A program made the translations under genes and the position numbers. From Octopus vulgaris (taxonomy: Eukaryota), in contig OX597831.1 of the NCBI GenBank assembly GCA_951406725.2, positions 19,592,001 to 19,656,000 on the forward strand: DNA of 64,000 bases. Reading direction: 5' to 3'. The notes under the pieces were generated by a model. That model was not told the origin of the DNA and did no database searches. It was given only the letters and a program-made list of their open reading frames with translations. Position 1 is the stretch's first letter. Every line of letters starts with the position of its first letter. Positions 54,480 through 64,000 of the stretch are shown here, piece after piece.

Positions 54480-55045
54480 GACTGAGATATACATGGACAG
54501 ATAGAAAGATAGAGATGGGGATGATAGACAGATAGATTAAGATGGGGTGTGAGATGGCTATACAGATAGATGGAGATGGATAGATATCAGACAGAAGGCC
54601 AGAACAATACCAAGATCTTAGGACAGGAATATGTTAATGAAACTTCAACAATAACCATCACGTACCTACTTAAGAACACTTGCGAAGCAAACGATATAAA
54701 AGAACCCATTTCATGCTGAATATTCGATATACGTGATAATCTCCTCGCCAGATGGTCAACTCCAAATATTATTAATGCATTTCTTGACGTATTCTTATGT
54801 ATTTGGCATATTTATTAATATTTATTGCTGTTAAGGCGTCATCTACACATATAGATGACATATTATATAATGTTATTTAAACAGACTTTGATGACTTTTT
54901 AGCAAAAAAAAAATGATTTATGCTTCAGTTTCATAATTACATTGATAAGAATTCCGTGACTCCCCATCAACGGATGTGTATAACATTGATATATAACTGA
55001 ACCGCACATATATATATATATACATGCATACATACCATACAAATT

Positions 55046-55091
<46 letters not shown>

Positions 55092-55168
55092 CATATATAT
55101 ATTTATATGTATATATATATATAATATATATATATACGTATATAATATATATATATATATATATATAC

Positions 55169-55216
<48 letters not shown>

Positions 55217-55267
55217 TAATATGTATATATAATATATATAATATGTATATATAATATATATATTAAG

Positions 55268-56385
55268 ATTTTCTTCCAGAGCTTTCTTGCGAATAGCAAA
55301 CTGCCAAGCAAGCTGAAGGAGGGAATAATATGCCCAATACATAAAGGGGGAAGTAGAGCAGATGCCAAAAACTATAGGTCTATCTCTCTGACTTCACACA
55401 TCAGTAAAGTCATGGAACGGATAGTCAGAAAGAAACTAATCGCATTCCTTGAGGAAAATAACTCGCTGAGTGATACCCGGCATTGTTTTCAACATCATGA
55501 CTGGGCGTTGAGGCAGTTACTCAACAAATCAAATGTGGACGTAATCTACCTTGATTTTGCAAAAGCTTTTGAGAAGGTGGATCATGGCATGATATGCCAC
55601 AAACTGCGTGACCTCGGCATAGCTGGAAAACTTGGAGTGTGGTTACATGACTTCCTGAAAGATAGGAGTCAGGCAGTAGTGGTTAATGGAGCCACCTCTA
55701 TGAACGCACAAATAGTGAGCGGTGGTCCACAGGGCGCTGTCTTGGGACCACTGCTTTTTATAGTGGCCCTCTCAGATATGCCCTCAAATGCCCGGATAGC
55801 CACTCTGGCAAGCTATGCAGACGATACGAAAGTCTCGCAGAAAATACAGAACCCCAGCGATGTTGCACACCTGCAGCAGGAGTTGGACTCAATCTACAGA
55901 TGGGCTGAGGATAATAATATGCAGTTTAATGCTGAAAAATTCCAGGTCCTACGCTACCAGCATCAAAAAATTGAATATTAAACTTACAGGATATACCGGT
56001 CCACAGGGAATTTCAATCCCAGAGCCTAAGTCTGTGAGGGACATAGTTATCGGCATGAGTGATGATACCTCTTTCCAAGTGCACATTACCAGGATGGCGA
56101 CAAAGTGCAGACGACTGGCTGGAAGAATCCTAAGAACATTCAGAACCAGAGATAAGGAAACCATGATGGTACTCTGGCGGACATTCGTCTGGATTACTGC
56201 TCACAGCTATGGTCACCCACCAGTGTAAAATTAACAGTGGACCTTGAAGCAATCCAGAGAAGATTCACAAAGAAGATCGTCTCTTTGGAACTGCTCAGCT
56301 ACTGGGAAAGGTTGAAATCGCTAAGACTCTTCTCCCTGGAGAGAAGACGGGAGAGGTATGCAGTAATATATGTCTGGAAGATGGC
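55268..56385 (+). mobile_element. Truncated, decayed copy of a related CR1-group LINE (RT domain)
   Basis: YLDFAKAFEKVDHG, SGGPQGAVLGP and YADD; closely similar to the 61.3-62.5 kb translation. Confidence 0.93.
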
Positions 56386-56466
56386 CGCAGTGGTTTTATC
56401 TCTAATTTAATTTTTTCATTATTGAATTGATAAAAGGTGGTTCTTTTTCAAATTTATATTTATATA

Positions 56467-56537
<71 letters not shown>

Positions 56538-56544
56538 GAGACAT

Positions 56545-57470
56545 ATGCAGAAAGACAAAGATAAAGGTGTACAAGGCATATGTGCCTCCTTCTCTTCTCT
56601 ATGCCTGCGAGACGTGGGTCACATATCGATACCACCGTAAACAACTGGAACGTTTCCATCGATGCGTCTCAGACGGATCTATGGCATTAAGTGGAAGGAC
56701 CACATCAGTGGTCTTGAAATATTGGAAGGCTCTCGGTGTGAAAGTATAGAAGCTCTTGTGTTAAAGCAAAGGCTTAGATGGAGTGGTCATCTGGTCAGGA
56801 TGAAGGATTCAAGGATGCCAAAACAACTCTTTTTTTGGAGAGTTAGCTAGAGCAGACCGACCGCCACATATACCAAAAAAGGGGTATAAGGACTTGCCGA
56901 AGGCTTTCTTAAGAGATGCATGCATCTCTCCTGACTCATGGGAAGGCATAGCTATTGCTCGTAGCAGGTGGAGAAGGATTGTGCACGAGGAGACATCCAC
57001 TTTTGAGAAATCTCGAGTTGCACATGAGAAAGTAAGGAAGGATGTCAGGAAGGGCATCGCTGTTACACTTTCAGATGGGAAGGGTCTTCCTATGATGCTG
57101 ACATGCAGTGTCTGTGCAATACCCTGCCTCAGTAAAGCTGGACTCAAGAGTCATCTTCGTAGTCATAAAGCGAACCAGATGAGTGACAACCTAGCCACTG
57201 GTGGTGATGAAACACACCATGCTAATCATATCTGTCGGGCATCTGGAAGAGAGTGTAATTCGGCAGGAGGACTTAAACGACATGCAAAGGTACATGAAGC
57301 CCAGTTACAACTACAACCGGCCATTACCGAAAACGTTTTTAGTTGCCAATTCTGTACATGTACAAGACATTGTAGATATTTAGCTGGGCTAAAAAGTCAT
57401 ATTCGATCACAACACCAGTAACAGTTAAGCTTTGTGCAATGGCCATACTTTATAACGAGGGGGCAGCCAA

Positions 57471-57475
<5 letters not shown>
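56545..57475 (+). mobile_element. 3' part of an RTE/BovB-like LINE with three C-terminal C2H2-like zinc fingers
   Basis: LLYACETW, QLERFH and QRLRWSGHLVRMKDSRMPKQL, followed by CSVC..AGLKSHLRSH, C...C..AGGLKRHAKVH and CQFC...[11 protein letters not shown]. (TA)n on both flanks. Confidence 0.85.
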
Positions 57476-57544
<69 letters not shown>

Positions 57545-57618
57545 TTATATATTATTATATAATATATAATATATACATACATATCTATTTATGTAATATA
57601 TATATATATATATGTATT

Positions 57619-57717
<99 letters not shown>

Positions 57718-57750
57718 CAGTCAAATAACTGAAACAACTAAAATAATAAA

Positions 57751-57896
<146 letters not shown>

Positions 57897-58535
57897 GCAT
57901 GGCGGCCATTTATTTGTGTGTTTGTGCGTATGTATCCCCTTCTCTTATTCTATGTAAATATTATGTCTATAGTTGAAGCCCTTTCTCGAACAAGCACTTA
58001 TTCACATTTTGCTCGTGTATTCAAAGAAGAAAAAAAACTGATCGCTTAATGGCATGTACATTCAGGGGTTCTAGGAAATTGATTACGTTTTCCCAAAGCG
58101 AACAAGTATTTCGAACAAGAATTAATTCGGCTGCCTAATTAAGATCACGTCCTACATCCTTTCTATAATGAACATCACGTCCTGGATAGTCGATGCTAGT
58201 GGGGAATTTTAGAGGTCTGAGTGCAAATCCTAGCTGAACCTCTTTTGGTGGCCCTTTACAACAAGCAGAGGAAGTGCTGCGTCTATTCCCTTGACATGCC
58301 GGTCCACATCTGACGTGTATGTAATAATTCTTTTCTTGGATATTGAAACAGACCTATAAAGCCTAGGGCACAAATTTTCAGTAAACGAGTTAAATATTTG
58401 CAGGCTAATATCTATAGCTTTAACTCCCTGAATTTTCATTATTCGGAAGAAAAAAAACGTACATACATATACACACGCATACACACGTACATATATAAAT
58501 ACCTATATGTGTGAGTATTTGTGTGTGTGTGTGTG

Positions 58536-58600
<65 letters not shown>

Positions 58601-58979
58601 ACATACATTTATACATACAGACAGACATACACACATACGTACATAGACAAATATATATGCGACATTAAAAGAGAAAAGCACTTTCTAGGATTCGCCAAAA
58701 TTAATTTTAGCGAAGTATTTTTCTATAGAATATCTACAATATATGTTTATAAAATTATAAACAATCTGGAATTACAAAACAAGTCTACAATAAGAATAGA
58801 AGGCAAGAACTAACGTCTGATGGGGGATATGAAGGAAATATGCCTGATCTTAGAGTGGAACATCTCTTCCGCTGCTTTATATGTGTGGTGTGTGTGAGTG
58901 TGTGTATGTATGTGTGTGTCTATCTATCTAACTATATATACAATATATATTTGCGTATGTTCGTGTGGGAGTTAGTGTT

Positions 58980-59016
<37 letters not shown>

Positions 59017-59574
59017 TTGTGTGTGTATGTGTGTATGTGTGTGTGCGTGTGTGTGTCTGTGTGTGTGTGTGTCTGTGTGTGTGTCTGTCTGTGTGTGTGT
59101 GTGTATGAATTCTAAGGTACTGCGTCAGAAAGTCTGTACATAGGTTTGCAAATAAATTCAAGCACTTGCGTTTAATAAATAAATATTTAACCACTGGGAT
59201 TATTGGCACAGTGAAAGCTGCATGTACCTGCATCAAATATAAGCATGTAAATATATTGACATACTTACATGCATATATGCGTGTGTGTATTTGTATGTGT
59301 GAATACATGTATGTATATATATATATATATATGTCTGTGAGAACGAACGAAGAGGAGAAATAATTGGGTATTTTCTGCTTGCGTGTTTTTTCGATGTTAC
59401 TTTGATTTATACGTGTCTTACATAGGGACTACGATGCAGAACGTGTGTAAGCATACAGATGTATACGCATGCATACGCATATACAATCGCAGATACACAT
59501 GCTCATAGATTCATTTCAACGTGCATTTATATATACGTGTATGTATCAGTGGCTTTTATGCTCATATATATATA

Positions 59575-59892
59575 AGGGTTTTGAGGCGCAGAAATATCCT
59601 GCCTACAGCCCAGATCTCGTCTCTTCCGATTACCATATCTTTGGACATCTCAAAGGTGTTTTACGAGGTCGTTGATTCCCTATGGATGAAGATGTGAAAG
59701 AAGCAGAGCATAAATGGTTGCACGACCAACCGAGAAGTTTCTTCTCGGAGGAAATACGCAAGTTTTTGAACCGCTAAACCAAGAGCATCGAAAAAGATGA
59801 CTGCATACAAAAATGACGTAAATTTTTATCCCCTGTTTTGTGTAAATACATTGAAAAAACAAGAGTACATATCATTTTTTACCCTCCTGGTA
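59575..59892 (+). mobile_element. Mariner transposase C-terminal fragment
   Basis: PAYSPDLVSSDYHIFGHLKGVLRGR motif; TIR-like end followed by TA. Confidence 0.8.
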
Positions 59893-60677
59893 TATAATAC
59901 AGTTCTATCAGTTTCCGTCTACTAAACCCACTCACAAGGACTTGGTCGGCCACAGGCTATAGCAAAAGACAAATACCTCAGGCGTCACGCAATGGGACTG
60001 AACCCAGAACCATGCAGTTTTGGAAGCAAGCTTCTTACCTTAGAGCCGCACCTCTGCCTATATTCTCTATTTAAATTAAATGTTTTTCGAGTGATACCAA
60101 ATCTTTTGCTTTTTCATTTCTTATTTGAATCCATATCCACCCGATCAAGGAGGTACCACTTCTAGTCTCAGCGCCACATTTTTCAGTTGCAGTTCAAGCC
60201 GGGGTATTAGCGGTAAACACAACTGAGTACACATAGTTCATACCAAGTACATTATGTCAATTGATTAGAATTCTTGGTATACATACATGTACTTCATACA
60301 CGCCAGCTCAATTTGAATCGTTCTCAGTCGAAAGACGCCTGTTGCTATTTCTTGTTGTTGTATTTGTAATTGTGTACCATGTTCACGCTTTTTTGTTTGT
60401 TCGTTTGATTTTCTTCGTTTTTATTGCCGTACACACTTGCTAGCTTTCTTACAAAGGGTCCTAATGCTCTTAGGTTAGACATTTTTTTAGACAACCAGAT
60501 CGAACCATCTCAAGTGTAATTGTCCGAAATGGTCGTGACTTCTGGATCTTCACTAATGAAAGAAAGCCAAAAATGACACGACTTTTTTTGCTTGTCTTTC
60601 TAATGGTTGTTTCTCTTGTCCGCCTTTGTGTCGTCTATCTGCTCGAATGTTTTAAAACCCTCTATTGCGTTTTTGGT

Positions 60678-60716
<39 letters not shown>

Positions 60717-60724
60717 ATACCAAG

Positions 60725-60935
60725 TACATGTGACCTCGTGAGCACCGCCAGCAATTTTTTTCCTCTGTCTTCCCTTCTCGGGATCTTTCCTTCTCCTTTG
60801 TTTCCGACGAAGAGCTCCGCTCGGAACGTTAAACCCTCCTTCCCTTCTTTCCTGAGCGTTCAATAATATTTTATTTGTTCCACGTCCTCCCGTAGCTGTG
60901 TTTTTTTGTGTTTTCTTGTTTGGATTAACTTTATA
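60725..60935 (+). mobile_element. Second copy of the same short pLTR-like repeat; hammerhead at 60800-60834 with CCGACGA core and GAAA mutated to GGAA
   Basis: GTTT-CCGACGA-aGAGC-tcc-GCTC-GGAAC-GTT-AAAC; aligns with 4965-5180. Confidence 0.7.
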
Positions 60936-60949
60936 TATATATGATTGAT

Positions 60950-63900
60950 TGATTGATTGATTCTAGTTTCAGCTCACGAGCTGTGGCCATGCTGGGGCAC
61001 CGCCATTTGGTGTTGCTACATGGTTTTACTTCACGAATGCTTTTTAGCAACTGCCATTTGGTGCATGAGAGAGTTCGATGCAGCTGCCCTCATCTGCACC
61101 TCCTGCCGTGAAGTTGGTTCATCTGGGATACCTGACAGGAAGAGATCCAGTTTCATTTTAAAGACATCTGCATCCACCCCATGCAGGTCTCTTAGGTTCT
61201 TCGGGAGGATATTGAAGAGCTGTGGGCCTCGGAAGCCCAGGCTATCACAGTATCTTGTCCTACATCTTCATGGCAAATTTGGAGTCCTAGGCACCACGCA
61301 GTGGCGCCCAGTTCTGGCATTTGTGTAACTCTCTATGCCAAAGTTTGGGACAAGTCCTTCCAGGATCTTCCAGATGTATATTATGGCATATCTTTCTCGC
61401 CTACGCTCCAAGGAATAGAGTTTTAATCTCTTGAGTCTTTCCCAGTAGCTTATATTCTGCACAGAGGCTATCTTCTTTCTGTAGCTACGTTGGATCGCCT
61501 CAAGTTCTGTGATTAGCTTGACACTGGATGGTGACCATAGCTGAGAGCAATAGTCAAAGTGGCTTAGGACAAGTATCTTCCAGAGGACCATCATGGTTTC
61601 TTGTTCTCTTGTTCTAAAGGTTCTAAGAATCCATCCGGCCAGTCGTCTACATTTCATTGCCAATTTAGCAACATGTACACGGAAGGTTGCATCATCACTC
61701 ATGTAAATACCCAGGTCATGCACTGATTGTGCCTCTGGGATTGCAATTCCTCCGGGTCCAGTGTATTCATTGGGTATTGCATTTAGTTTTGCATGCTGAT
61801 AGCATAAAGCTTGAAACTTTTCAGCATTGAACTGCATGCTATTCTTTTCAGCCCACCTGTATATTTTGTCCAGCTCACATTGCAGGCGTTTAGTGTCCTC
61901 AGGGTTCTGTATTGCCTGTGAAACTTTTGTATCATCTGCATAACTTGTGATCGTGGCTCTCTGCGTGGCTGAGGTCATGTCTGAGAGGGCCATTATGAAC
62001 AGTAGTGGTCCCAAAACAGTGCCCTGCGGAACACCGCTCATTATTTACGTGTTAATGGAAGTGGCCCCATTGGCTACTACCACCTGACTTCTATCTTTCA
62101 GAAAGTCATGAAGCCATTCTCCCAGTTTTCCAACTATGCTAAGATCACGCAGTTTGTGACATATCATTCCATGATCGACTTTATCAAAGGCCTTTGCAAA
62201 GTCGAGATATATCACTTCCACATTTGAGTGGTTGAGCAGTCGTTTCAGCACCCAGTCATAGTGTTGTAGGAGCTGAGTTAAGCAGCTTCTTCCTGGTCGG
62301 AAACCATGTTGGGTGTCAGGCAGCAAGTCATTTTCTTCAAGGAAGGTGATCAGTTTCCTTCTGACTATTCGTTCCATGACCTTGCTGATGTGTGAGGTCA
62401 GAGAGATAGGTCTGTAGTTCTTGGCCTCCGCTCTGCTACCTCCTTTATGAATAGGGCATATTTTACCTTCCTTCAGTTTTCTTGGAAGTTTGCCAGCTGC
62501 AAGGAAGCTCTGAAAGAGGAACTGCAGTGGTCTTGCTAGGACTCTCTTACATACTTTTAGGAGGATTGCCGGGAATCCATCGGGGCCAGTAGCTGAGTCC
62601 GTTTTCATTTCATCTATTGCCTTTATTACATCGTCTTCCTTTATATCGATGTAATCTATCGTCGCTGCCTCTGATTTTATATCTGCAGTGGTAAAGAAGT
62701 CAGTTGGATTGGGGATTTGGAAATGCCCTAGGGGTGGAGTGAAAACACTCTTGAATTTCTCATTCAGTATTTCACTTACCCTCACTGGTTTTCCTCTGAG
62801 TGTGCCATCCTTTTCAAGGAGTGGCCCTATCCTACAGTGCACCGTATCTGTTTCTTTGGCATACCTGTAGAAAGCTCTGGGGTTAGATTTTATGTTGTCT
62901 ATAGCCCAGGCTTCTTTGTCTGCTCTTTCCTTTTCATGGGAGAATTGCAGACATTTTTCAATTTCCAACAGTTTTATTTTCAGGCGGGACTTTTCACTGC
63001 TTTCAATTTGTTTGTTTAGGCGATTTGAAATTTTTGTACGCCGTCTCATTAAAATTTTCCTCTCTTTGGGGATTTTGTTCTTGTGTACAGTGGCCTTTCT
63101 CTCTGGGACACATTTGTAGCATATGGCTTGCATTACAGACATGAATTGTTGAAGTTTCACGTCGATATCTGGCGAGGAGAGACATTCAGGCCAGTTTTGT
63201 TTGAGGATCTCTTTCTCAATTTGTTTCCAGTTTGCCTTATAAAGTTCAAGCTGGAAAGATTCTGAGGGTTTCTTGTAGGCTGCATGTCCATGCTTTCCTT
63301 TGGCCCGTACATGGTCAGCTCTACCATGTTGTGATCCGAGAGTAGTGTCGGTGTCACTTTCACATTATGGATGAGATCCATATTATTTCTGAAGCAGAGA
63401 TCCAGTGTGTTACCTGCCCTGGTTGGTTGGAGTATTACTTGCTCCATGTACAGGGTGTTGATGAGGTTCAGGGGGGACCTCGCCTGTCCTCGTTCTCATC
63501 TTGTCATTCCTGGGAGAGAAAGGCCCTCGGACCATCTGACATTGGGTAGATTGAAGTCTCCCATAAGAAGTACACTTATGTGTTGTTCTAATGTGATTAG
63601 AACTTCTATTTTTATAAGGCAGTCTTCAAACTTGCCTACATGGCTTGGGGCATCTGGAGGGCGATATGTAGCACACACAACTACATCAAGTTGCCTTATA
63701 TGTGCAATTAGTGTGTCACACACCGAGTTTGAGTATGACAAAAGGACCTGGGGTGTGAGGTCCTCATGGATGTACATAGCAACTCCTCCATGACTCCTTT
63801 CTTTTCTGTCGGTCCGTAGTACAACATACTGTGGTATGTGTAATTCCACATCTGCTATGTCCGGTTTCAGGTGCGTTTCCGTTAGTGCTATGCATAAGGC

Positions 63901-63990
63901 TTGATTGCATGCAACAAAGTCTCTCAAGAACGGGATTTTTGTCCTGTTACTGAGTGTTTGCAGTCCTCTGATGTTCAGTAGGAGCATCAT
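60950..63990 (-). mobile_element. CR1/L2-group LINE, near-complete ORF2 (APE endonuclease + reverse transcriptase), frameshifted, with intact 3' tail
   Basis: APE motifs LTETHL, GGVAMY, YRPP, MGDFNLP, TRAGNTLDLCF and LSDH; RT motifs NYRPISLTS, QHGFRPGRSC, YLDFAKAFDKV, SGVPQGTVLGP and YADD. Frameshifts near 63490, 63160, 62043 and 61270. Ends in (AATC)n. Confidence 0.95.
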
Positions 63991-64000
63991 ATATAATCGC

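Overview
AT-rich, microsatellite-dense animal DNA, probably cephalopod (Octopus-like, inferred from the SINE families and (TA)n/(GATA)n content). No complete host gene is recognisable; the window is mostly mobile elements: three tRNA-derived SINE families, CR1-type and RTE-type LINE fragments (one near-complete CR1-type ORF2 at 60.95-64 kb), mariner and pogo-like relics, Helentron-like elements and a 5'-truncated Penelope-like element with a GIY-YIG ORF. The main result is a ~7.9 kb array (33988-41931) of about 22 near-identical 359-bp units. Each unit carries a type I hammerhead ribozyme fold with a non-canonical CCGAUGA core (U4C) and a palindromic stem III, which fits a retrozyme-like, circRNA-producing satellite. 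The array flips orientation at 36558 so that the ribozymes face outward, and it lies between two (TA)n tracts. Three other inverted duplications (8.2-8.9 kb, 13.1-19.1 kb, 20.8-20.9 kb) share this outward-facing hammerhead layout, and several more Penelope-type hammerheads are scattered through the window. All folds and alignments were done by eye; no activity, expression or database evidence was available.
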